Source: Laetmonice hystrix
Lineage: Eukaryota
Direction: 5' to 3'
Assembly: GCA_965235115.1 (NCBI GenBank)
Contig: OZ249436.1
Span: forward strand, 58,342,001 to 58,406,000
Length of the DNA: 64,000 nucleotides
The translations under genes and the position numbers were made by a program. This document shows positions 52,888 to 63,947 of the stretch, piece after piece. Position 1 is the first letter of the stretch; every line of letters starts with the position of its first letter. Below the pieces are notes generated by a model, which saw nothing but the letters and a program-made list of their open reading frames with translations, was not told the origin of the DNA and searched no databases.

Positions 52888-53039
52888 GCCATTTTATCAT
52901 AAGTCATATTTTAACCCATTATTTACCTCATCTCCTAAGTCGATTTTATTATTGTATCATGTTTTTAATATCCGGTGAAATAAATGTGCTATTCCCCAAC
53001 ACTTGTCTTATGTTGAGCCCGAGGGGATGTAGGGTAATG
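52888..53039 (+). repeat. Split direct repeat B1 (152 bp)
   Basis: GCCATTTTATCATAAG...GTAGGGTAATG, identical to 53311-53462. Contains AATAAA (52979-52984). Confidence 0.97.
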
Positions 53040-53237
53040 GTTTCCCCATGGGCTTGCTCATGGGGGGTCATTACCGCCCCCTCGTGGTTCAACCTGTAAC
53101 CACATTTTAGACTATACCCGACAGTCCCTAAATCTCCCAAAGTTCCATGTTCTATTTTTCTTTCCGCCCACTGACCTTCTCACTCCACATTCACCGGTCA
53201 AACATCGCACAGAGCACACCTAAAACTAATATCTCAA
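53040..53237 (+). repeat. Split direct repeat A2 (198 bp)
   Basis: Identical to A1 and directly abuts B1. Confidence 0.97.
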
Positions 53238-53310
53238 CCCACCCACCCGCTCCAATCTATAAAACTAGCTGTAAAGATACAATGTACCATTATTTCACCA
53301 CAGTAAAATT

Positions 53311-53462
53311 GCCATTTTATCATAAGTCATATTTTAACCCATTATTTACCTCATCTCCTAAGTCGATTTTATTATTGTATCATGTTTTTAATATCCGGTG
53401 AAATAAATGTGCTATTCCCCAACACTTGTCTTATGTTGAGCCCGAGGGGATGTAGGGTAATG
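53311..53462 (+). repeat. Split direct repeat B2 (152 bp), right end of the element
   Basis: Identical to B1. AATAAA at 53402-53407 is a candidate polyadenylation signal. Confidence 0.97.
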
Positions 53463-53630
53463 AGCTCCTCATGTCTACTCTTGGGTCTTTCCTGGGCCTG
53501 TCCTGAAGTGCTGGGCTGGCTCCTGCCACGCCCACCAGGTGCAGCCTGAGCTCCTCGCCTCTACTCCTGGGTCTTTCCTGGGCCTATCCTGGACTGAGCT
53601 CGCTCCTGCCACGCCCACCAGGTGCAGCCT
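53462..53630. repeat. Imperfect ~85-bp tandem duplication in the right flank
   Basis: GAGCTCCTC...TCTACTC.TGGGTCTTTCCTGGGCCT.TCCTG...GCTCCTGCCACGCCCACCAGGTGCAGCCT at 53462 and 53548. Confidence 0.85.
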
Positions 53631-56338
53631 GGTCGCCAATACACCGCCGTGTAATAGGTCCCACGTGCCATTTAACTTGTGCTATTGAAGGACATCCACT
53701 TAAAGCTCTATCTATATTGCCGATACTAGGACTCCATAGCCGCCAGAAACAACTCACTTACAATGTACCAATTGGCGATTTCCCTCGGGGTTGAAGATGA
53801 TGACTGAAGGGACAGTAATAATTGTCATAGCGACGAACACTGCTAGCTGCCGTTAGAATGACGCCTATTGTCTTTTTTATTGTTTTCTTGCAAAGTCCAC
53901 TGAAATCTGACTCACAACTAAACCAGTTATGGGGACAAAGACATCAGCGTACCGTAGAGGACCTCGCGTGAGGGTGTTCAATCTGCATTAGTCTCCACAC
54001 CACCACCTCATGCCTGCCGCAGACTAATTAGTAGCTTCGGAGTTGGCATAAATCATATCGTGGTACTACTGCGGCCCACCGCCCGCACGCCGGTCCCAAT
54101 ACAAGAGACCGTCGACATCCCACAGCAGGGACCACAGTGCTGAAACAGGAAGCCCAGACCTCCGTCATGGTGGGCTGTCAATATCAACCAGGCCTACCCT
54201 GCGGACCTTGAGGGTCCTCCTTGAGGGCCAAGACGACCTCAGGCGGGGTCCTCGTGCAAGAGGCTATATTGAACAGACCAGACATGCAAATGGCTCCTGT
54301 CTGCTCCAGTTTTGATACCCCTTCCAACCATACTGAGAGAAAGGCGGGGGGGGGGGGGGTGAAATTAATACCGGTACATTGAAATTATAACAAATGAGAA
54401 CACTTCACGCGTCGCTAAATTAGATTTTTCCTGCAAAGCAATCTAGGGTATATAGTAGATAACATAGCAGGTCCCCCACCGTGCTTGAGTAAATGTGAGT
54501 TCACTTCGTATTCGATCTCTACCGAATTGTGTGATTGATTCTGCGTGAGTTTATGTGGAGTTGTTGGCAATACATCCCACACGGGAGCTGTTCAATCATT
54601 GCCTGATAATAATACCAATTCAATTCACAAATCTCCTTGCGGTCTTTGATATCAGTCGGTGTTTATTTCATATCATGGATACCGACTGTGTACACTTTCA
54701 CTTAAAACATGAAAAATGCGCGAGATTAATTCTTCCGGAAATGTTGTCTCACAAGGGAAATGAAAAGCAAGACAACAGAAATCTGAATGAAATTCGATAA
54801 CATTCAACAGCTAATAAATGTGAAGGTAGAATTCTACGGTACCTTCAGATTTAAAACACCAGAGTCATTATACAATGATGTAAAGGCCCTGCCGAGCTGG
54901 CCTGCTCCAAGGAAAGCTACACATTATGCCGAGTCATGATAAATCACATCAATTTTAATTATTCATCACAGATTTTTCCCCCTCTTCATCAGATTGATGT
55001 GATCTTATAACTAGAGAGAGCAAGGCAGTGTCAAAGCTTCCTTCCTTCTGCCATCAGCTCTTCCTACAATAATATTCAAAACTGTCTCCGGATTGACTAG
55101 TTCATTAGACGTCTATTCCTGCACTACAGGAATTGTGCCTTCTGAAGACAAAATTACGAGGAGCTCTTCTCAAGTCTATCCATACCTCGTCAAGCTTTAC
55201 AGATCTTCCGTTGCTAGGGCGGTTTCTCTGCACTGCGATTAGAAGCTAGCAGACACATCGTCACTGCGAGCGAGTACATTTTTTAATCAAAAACGTCTTG
55301 AACTGGCATGATCCTCTTTGTCTGCTATCAGGGGACAGTGTCACTGTCTGAGCGCGCTACATAAGCTGCCTCAACAAAGCCGGTGATCACCACATTCTTT
55401 CACCCGACCGGTACTTTTTCTTACTTTCCTTTTTTTCTTTTTCTTGGACTTTTTTTTACGTGAACTCTGTGAAATATATTCCTTAGGACAGAAAGCCTCG
55501 TAACATAGCGGTGACAGTGATATAATCGAGCGTCATTTGACCAGAGGCTGACCACTGTCCCCCGTTAATGGTACCACCAACCTGTCTTACCGCCGCCCGA
55601 CTTAACTGGGGACATGACTAGAAGTAACTAGCGACTGTAACTTAAAGGGTATTAATATCATGACAATGCTGTCATACACAGGTACTTTGTCTATTTTTAA
55701 GGACAAATTCATGACATCCCCTTAACAAAGCATGGTCGGCAAGGACATTAAGGTCCCTGCTGTAGAAACACTCATAGCAACGCCTTGGGCACCGAGAGAC
55801 GACGAAATGTCACCAAGGCTTGGTTTCAATACCAGATGGTTCAAGTGCAGGCATTTAGTGTCAGCAATACAGCTCACCAGCACTGTTAGTCATGGCAAAG
55901 ATCCTTGTGATGACTTCTGGCAATGAATAATGACGGCTGGTTGCACTGTCTGGCTCACACCAAGAAGGTGGTCGTTGACAGTAAACCGCGCCATCCACCA
56001 CCATATAAAAGCTACTAGACTAACTTCCCACTCTGCACTTAAAGACTGGGACCAATTTTGGCGACATTTTCTTGCTTCTGACTCTCACTTGAAATACAGT
56101 CGCAGGCTACTAACATGATCTCGGAATATTCTGGTGGATCACGGAGCTGGAAGCTCGGAAGTTTAACCGACTTTCAGTGTGTCATTTCGTTCTCACAATA
56201 CAATGTACTTAGTCTTGACGGTTGCTTCCACTGAACTTTGACACCAAAATGAACACCATCCTGGCGTTACCACCTATATCACAATTTCTTTTGACAATCG
56301 TTGTACATCGATCAATACACAACGTGATAACGTCTTAA

Positions 56339-56674
56339 AGCGGCACCATTGGAAGAATCGCACTTTCGAACGGATTTTGAATCGTTTGTGAGGAATTCTA
56401 TAGTTAAATGCAGAACATAAAAAATATTTGGGTGAAAACGGTTGTCTTGGCCGAGAAATGGCATGACTTCCAACCAGGTCACTTGGGGCCACGCCCCTTC
56501 TACAATGCTTAACTACTGATTTTCTGTGTACACTTAAATTCACTTTGGGGGCTGCCTGCGCCTTGATTACAGGCCAACCAATGTTATTTTCAGGGTAGGA
56601 ATATTTATTTCGGACCTCTTTACGCTATCATATATATGAGAAAAACGTAAAGTCAGTCGAAAAATTGTGCCCCT
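56339..56674. mobile_element. TTAA-flanked MITE (Kolobok-like termini)
   Basis: TTAA|AGCGGCACCATT ... AATTGTGCCCCT|TTAA; TIR 10/12. Confidence 0.45.
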
Positions 56675-57670
56675 TTAAAAAAAGATGCCCCTTCCATTCA
56701 GTTTTACATAAATGTACATTGCGAACTTGTTCAAACTTTGCCGGTTGATTTTGTATATCACAGTCTGTAGGACATCACAGAAACTGGACCCAGGGGGTGC
56801 TGGAAATAACCAACGTCGTAGGCGCTGCAAATTGGGAGGGGGCTATGGGCAACCAGCGCCAAAGCACCCCCCCCCCCCCGGGTACGCCACTACATCATGC
56901 TCTTGTTCTTACCTGAACGTTCCCTCTGCTGTAGCTCTTTTAATCCCACGCCACAGTAGCGTATAGAGTGTTTTTTCTCGTTGTACGGGTGATAAAAATG
57001 TGACATGGGGCGGTCGATCAGAGTCAGACACACAAGAATGCAGTATGCTTCTTACACCATTCACTACGGGCCTACATATCTGAATTCTTCACATCTGCAT
57101 CCCGGGAGTAAAGGCTGAAGTGTACAAGGCTATACTCTCAGTGATGTTGCGCTCCTTTTCACTTGGAATGATGAAAACTCGGCCGCGTTTTACTGTTAAA
57201 TTATTCCAATAGATGGGAACATAATAGAAATAGCCACAGTTAGAAATAAGAATATTAGTGGATCCCTTAAGTCTTGTCCAACATTAAACATTCCGTGTGA
57301 AACATGGATACAGGCTGTATAATCACCCGAATTACAATAGACAAAATATTTGGGATGCGGAAGACCTCCAAAAACATAAATATGAGAAATTGGAACCATT
57401 TTTAAATAAAAACTACCAACTAAAAGCATTATACTAACATAGATTCACCTGACCCCTAAGTGCCACTCTAAAAAGCGTACTTCTAGTCTTGGATTCTGAT
57501 CGCTATAATTGTTTCGAGCATAACTTCAATGGCCTTTCTGCATCCGTATTCGCTGACACTACTGATGAATATTTCCCTTCTCCTCCCCCATTCCCCCCAG
57601 TATTCCTGTCAGCACTCGGCCCTGGAACCCATTCGTGGTTCTCCGGCACAGCTCGGACGGCAGCTTTGTG

Positions 57671-57754
57671 CAGCAGCAGCCACAACAGCAGAAGCAGCAG
57701 CAACAGCAGCCACAGCAGCAGCAGCAGCCACAGCAGCAGCAGCAACAACAGCCA
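57671..57754. repeat. Interrupted CAG/GCA trinucleotide microsatellite (28 triplets)
   Basis: CAG repeats interrupted by CCA, CAA and AAG. It explains the cluster of overlapping ORFs here. Confidence 0.9.
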
Positions 57755-60700
57755 ACCAGTCAGTACCGATTGGTGGTTTCCGTGGTCGAGTCAATTGGAC
57801 CCAATACGCCAGCGTCGGATCAGCGATACAGCAGAGATCACTGAAGCAGTGGACCCGCCTGGAGATGAGGTTATTCTGGATACTGCCTGGATTATAGATA
57901 ATCCCCAGATTGAGGGGCCCCCTGCCTTAAAACACACCACTAGGGCTGCAGTGCAAGGCAACTGTGAAAGGATATCTGCATCCTCCTCCTCTCACACACC
58001 CCTACAAAAATGCATTATAAGTATTGGATTTTTCCGCATGATTTGGTTAAGTGCGAGATCGTATTTGACAATCTACAATGATAGCAGACCAGCAGGCTGT
58101 CACTGACGAACGCTCCTAGTCTATTTGGTCCTGATAAACGGGCATCAATAAAGGAAAATTGCAATAATATTTAGACTATAAATACTGGGTGGTTTCAGAC
58201 AGCTAGATAACAGTAGTGACTAACAAATGAGATTAGGGACGTCATTTCAATGCGCCACCTGTTTTGATTGTGCGAAGCATAAAGCCACTACTCTCCAAAT
58301 GTACGGCTCTACCCGTTCTCTCACAAATGTCATCTGACTCCCTGTCCGGAATCATGATCTTGGATCAACATCCCAACCATAAACACATTCGCGGTCCTTG
58401 CAAATAACTTGAGCACTTTAACCTGCTTTTCCTAAATAATTAAACCCTATGAAGTCCACATAAGCTTTTTAACGCGAAGTGGGACTTCCTGTCTTGATCG
58501 TGCATAAAGACAAGCCTGTTGGTTTTGTGGAAATGTGAAAACCTGACAAATGTTTCCGGTAACGAGCTGAAATCACCAGGAAGGCTCGGTTTAGATGTTT
58601 TTAAGCGTCAATATAAATTTGTAAAGTTTTTCACGACTCCAGTCCAAATATTCGCTCAAAAAAAGAACAAAATGTTGCAAGATAAAAGAAGGCCAACGAT
58701 GCGATTCAACGTCTATTTTGTTCGGTCACTGTAGCTAGTCTTCCCAAACAAATCTTTGACCACATGGATAAATTTTTGGACGGGATAAAACACTGGTCAG
58801 CTGCGGAATTGTATATATGATGGCCACCAAAATTTACCACGTGGTATTCAGTCGGAAAGCGTAGCTGGGAAGATTTTCATCTTCACCTTAGTTCATCTAA
58901 TCCATTCTGATTCTTAAACTACCAATCCATGCTCCCCTGCCTCAGCCAAGACAGTCAAAATGAAGAGGAAATTTTGTTTGTGATTATATTGGACAGTCTT
59001 TGGTTGTCTTTATTGCCATGAATATCCATATCATTTACCAGCATGATAATCTATAAGCGACACTGATAGATATCTAAGATATGATAGCTCGATTATAGAA
59101 GAGAGACTTACACAGTGAGAGTGAAATTCCTGAATCTTATTATCAATCCAGCGAAACTGTAAACGCAGAGGTGATTTTTCTTGGTTGGTTGTATGTCAAA
59201 CTCTTCATGGAGAATTATTATACATACCTTTGTGCTTTGAAATGTATCCCTTCTCTCCCAAAAGGTAATTGGTACGTATGATTTTGCACTTATGTTTCCA
59301 CTATGTAGTATATAGCGTTGATTCAGCCACAAGCAGTCGGTGCAGGAATTCTTGAACACCGCTTCCACCTGTATGTCAACACAACGGTATTCTACCATGA
59401 CAGCGACAAAAAAATCCTTTCACCATATTTCTTTGGCACATATTATAGGGAAAAGGTTCCGCCAGCTATTTATGGCTCAACTGATTGGGGCTGTTTTATA
59501 CAGCTGGCATTACTTGCGGGCTTGTCAAAAAGGTTTTCCCGTACAAAAACACAATAGGTCACGTTATGGTTTCCCATAAAGCCGATATAAAGATATGATT
59601 TACTTTAGAGGTGGCAACGGCCAGCCTGGGCCTTGTGTAGGGGGGTAGTATGTATTATCTGGGCAGCGACCAGATTGGAGCGATCAAACTACCCTAAATG
59701 AGCCCTTCTATGTCGAACACTTTCACCTACGACATGAAAGCTTCTACTTGCCTTGTCCAAACTGCCAATTACCTCATTTCCCCAACGAATTCACACCCCG
59801 TTTTTACCTCTTCCACAACAAAAGAAATTTCCCGAGAAATTTCTGTCTATTTATATATATGTAAACAACCCCCACCGTTTTAGATGTACTGGATGACAGT
59901 ACTTAAATGCTGAAACGTTAATTCCTAATAAAATTAGTTACTAAAAAAAATCGTTAAGCGCCTGCGTTTCTCAAGAAAACAGCACATATCTTCCAGATAA
60001 TATTATTTGTTTAAAGATGTAAACTATCAGCATCATACTGCATAAAAACGAAATGCATAACTTTAACAGAAACCATTAAATACCACACTGAAGATGCTGG
60101 TTGGCTGTCGTACTAAATTTGTCGTGAAAGCCACTGCACCATTTACAATTTGAGACAGCAATAGTACGGCGGCCTGGCACCCCGCTCGCCCTTTACAGTG
60201 TGCATATTACCCGTCCTCTCAACTGGAAAATGAAAACAGTCTACCTGATCCAATCATATTTGTGTTCAATACGGCTATGGCACAGTCGGTAATTGTATTT
60301 ACATTCATCATTAGCTAACTGTTTTGTCCAAATACGGTTCCTGTCATAAACTACAATACGACTTCCTTCAGGTTGAATTGGTAGCACCAAAAGAATCCCA
60401 TATTTGCATACATTGTCCCGGATAACAGACACCCGTTTCGATACTCGCCGCGGGATTCCCATGATATTCCTAGTTGGTTTTGGTTGTGATAATAATCTCA
60501 ACATGGAATCTCCCATTCTAACACCGTGGATGGTAACCGCATGGTAACTGAGCTGACTTTGTGACCACACTGACCGAGGAATAACCAATGTAAATCACTG
60601 AGACGAGCCAGTATAACAATAGGGTAATCTTTCTACAGCTGGTAACATCTTGTCGTCCTCAAGAGACAGGCCACCGGGGAATGCACGCTATATGTATGCA

Positions 60701-62248
60701 GATGATAGACAGCGCCAATGTAACAGTGCAAGTACTTCCAACAAGGGAAGAGTGTTATGTCTTCATAGCGTGTGATATCGTCAGAATTCTAAATTATCGC
60801 ATACAAATAACCCACCCTCCACTTGTTGGCATGGACAGTCACCCCAGGAGCACAAACGCCGACACTAAAAAGGAAAATGTATTCCAATCAATGTGATCTG
60901 CTGTATATTTCAGCCTGCTAACCGGTAATGGATTTGACTTGGAATGAAAAACTGAGTCAAGTGTGATGTTTTATTCACAGTTCTATTCACGGTCGCGGCT
61001 GCGTGCTTGACACGGAAGTCCAGGGAAAGTTGTTGGCAATCTTAACACTGAATCTTCTGACTCTTGTCCGGTTGAAGACAACCAGTTTTTTCCAGAAACA
61101 TTGGTGAACAAAAAAAAATACTAGAGCTCCAGTAACTCAGTCATCCAGATAAACAGAGCTCGTTAGTCAATTTTGGACTTTCAAATTTTAACCCATGCCA
61201 CTCGGCTCAAGACGCCGGGGACAGTAGTGCAGGACACAAGGCCAAAACTATCAAATGGGCCCTGTATGTATGAAATAATAGGTAAATTTACAGTTGAACT
61301 GTGCAAGAAAAACTTCTTTGAAATCATGTTATTCTTAATTATGACGTTCAATATGGGATGTCGTAATATTACCTAGTTTGAATACCCTGCACAGCTTAAA
61401 CATCTAGAGCCTTCATGCAAGCTCAGTCACGTTCATTCCAACAGTGAATAAGATTTTTGCTGACACGTCAGCCCTTTATAATAGAGAGTCTCTGTAATCC
61501 CATAGAAAACAAACACGCACACTCCTGCGACTTATCCCCTCCGTGAAGTATGACACTGACATATTCACCTCTCTACCTGTCAACCAGTCGCACCACTAAC
61601 GGAATTCTCAATACTTGCCTTGTCTCCACGACAACAAACAGGCTCCGGGCGGGTGGGGGATGGATAATCCAGTCAATCCACGTGGGATGTAATCCAGTCA
61701 GTCTACACCTGAGCTCATCCTAAACCACACAGTTGGTAGGGCTGCCGGCCGACTGCCCCGATTAGCCGGGTACACACAGACCTCCAGCCCACCCTGGCCC
61801 CACCTCAATACGTTCCATGTAACGAGCGCTCACAATGACCCCTGGAGTCACGTGTCCAGGTGGGAGAACGGCTGCTCCGGGCCGCTTGCTTACATCTCCT
61901 TAAACAACAGCCCTGGAGCAGTTACGACAAGGACAGACTCATCGGGTATAGGCAGAGACTAGTCTGTTCGCATTGCGGCGTGGACACCTAACGCTGTTCT
62001 TCCTTTGCCTATAGCAATATGAAAGGCAGCAAACATCCTTTACTACTTATACTCATAATAGCACCATTCATATGATCTTTTTATGATTTCCGTCTTCTTC
62101 TTGCTTTTCTAAGATGTTGTTAAAGCATCAAAGTCGAGGAGATGACGCGAGCACTTGTGTCTGAAGTAATGCTCTCAGTCAGAACTAGCTGAATGTTCAT
62201 TCCGTTTCCCACTAAAACAAACACTTGGCACACGCTCATTATCTTCAA

Positions 62249-63947
62249 AAAGGCACGTTGGAGCCGCAGGCTCGACGAGTTTTATGCAGGAGAACTCGGT
62301 AATTCTCATCTAAGCCGCAAGTGGGCGCTACATTTCCGGATAACTCAAATTTCCCCTGCCTCCGCCAGGGGAACACGTGACGTCATGTACAGTTGAGGTC
62401 AAGGTCATCTTCCACATGCGTCTCATCGTCGCCATTACGTCTTCAGTCGGACATCATATTTCCTCACATTTACTTATTCAAGGTCGCACGTTATTCTGTG
62501 TGCGTGCCTTGCACCGTGTGCTGGGGACGTTGCACCTTTGGGTGCTGTTTCTCATTTACTTAGCAATTGGTGCACTGTTAGGTGTTCGTGCTTTGCCCAT
62601 GTGGTGATTATTCCATTACTTATATTTCCTCGGATTCATTTATTCAAGGTTGCACGTTATTCTGTGTGCGTGCCTTGCACCGTGTGGTGGGGACGTTGCA
62701 CCTTTGGGTGCGGTTTCTCATTCACTTAGCAAGTGTTGCACTGTTAGGTGTGCGTGCTTTGCCCCTGTGGTGGGATGTTCGCTTTTGGGTGCGATTTCTC
62801 ATTCACTTAGCAAAGTTGCACTGTACCGTCTCGCCCCATGTGATTGAATTTGTGCCAATGTTTGGTCCATTTTCTTTTACTTAGCGAGTGGTACTTTATT
62901 TATCTGCCGTGCCTTGCTCCGTGTGGTTGGGACGTTGCACCTTTGGGTGCGATTTATCATTCACTTAGCAAGTGTTGGCAGTGACGACCCGTCTCGCCGA
63001 TGGTTCTCGCCATCGTTTCGTTATTCTCCTTTATATAGCGAGTGGGTTTTAGCTTGTGTGCGTGCCTTGACTGTAGTTGGAAAGTTCATCTGAATGTATC
63101 TTCCGTCGAATTCCTACATCGGAGTTTCAACCTCACCTTGAGAATGACTTACAGTTCATACTTTACTGACCAGATCTTCTTATGTTTCATGTCATCGGGA
63201 CACGATGGTTTGGAGTTAGTGCCTCATTTTAACAACAAGTCAAATCAACTCTCAACTGGTTTCGACGCTTGCTTCAATTTGGCAGCCATTGTACAGGGGC
63301 TTTTAACACACAGACTCTCCGTAGAGCCCGCTCCTCACAGTTAAACCCATTTAACCAAACCTGGATACGGCACCTTCAATCGTCAACCTTTGGATTTGGT
63401 GTGACATTCCATGTGGATCAGCTCGGGTTCTCTTAACCCCAGATAACATGTCAGTTTGACTCATTTTGTTGTTGAGTCGTCAGTTCTTTTTTTTTTTCTT
63501 TTGGTGGCTCCACCTGCCAACTGGCAGGTTGGTGGCACTGTCGCCACCTACTACCCCTTTTTGACAGACACATAATTCAGAATCTATACCACTTACAACA
63601 ACTTTGTTCATTATTACACCCAGTCTCCTCAAACTTATAACAACCCTTCCAGGCAGTGCAGTGTGGGCTCACTGTCCAGGACAAACTATCGTCACAATAT
63701 TATCCTTAGATAACTTATATCTTCTTCTGTTTGAATCATATTTAATTTTTACATTCTTCTTAACCCGGACGGTGCAGTGAGGGCTCACCCTGGGTGGTGA
63801 CACATTTCAATGTTATCTTCTATATCACTGTCAGTCAGTGCAGCGTGGGCTCACTTTCTGAATATTTACATCCTTTTGTTTTAATATTGAATAAATATGT
63901 GTCACCCATTCAACAACAATAAGGTGTCCGAGTTCTGCCTGCATAAA
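62249..63947 (-). mobile_element. Helentron/HINE-like non-autonomous rolling-circle element (~1.7 kb)
   Basis: On the minus strand it starts with TTTATGCAGGCAGAACTCGG (63947 downward). The inverted partner (plus 62281-62299) lies about 30 bp inside the other end, followed by the hairpin GAGCC-TGC-GGCTC (62261-62273) and a T-run. No TSD. Internal tandem repeats. Confidence 0.65.
62456..62977. repeat. Degenerate ~82-84-bp satellite with a 166-bp dimeric period
   Basis: GTGCGTGC(C/T)TTGC motifs at 62500, 62584, 62666, 62750 and about 62906. ATATTTCCTC blocks at 62456 and 62622 give the 166-bp period. Confidence 0.85.

Larger units (their letters stand above)
47452..53462 (+). mobile_element. 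Full-length Ngaro-type tyrosine recombinase (DIRS-order) retrotransposon with split direct repeats
   Basis: Order A1-gag-RT/RNaseH-YR-B1-A2-(73 bp)-B2. A1=A2 (198 bp) and B1=B2 (152 bp) by direct comparison. No TSD. Pol ends right after RNase H with no methyltransferase domain, which fits Ngaro rather than DIRS1/PAT. Confidence 0.93.

Noticed and set aside
56817-56892. Degenerate CATAGGCG/CGCCACTG-type MITE
   Set aside because: Termini are only partly matched and no TSD was found.
57489-58106. 205-aa ORF as a host gene
   Set aside because: It starts at TTG, its length is helped by the stop-free CAG repeat, and no domain is recognisable.
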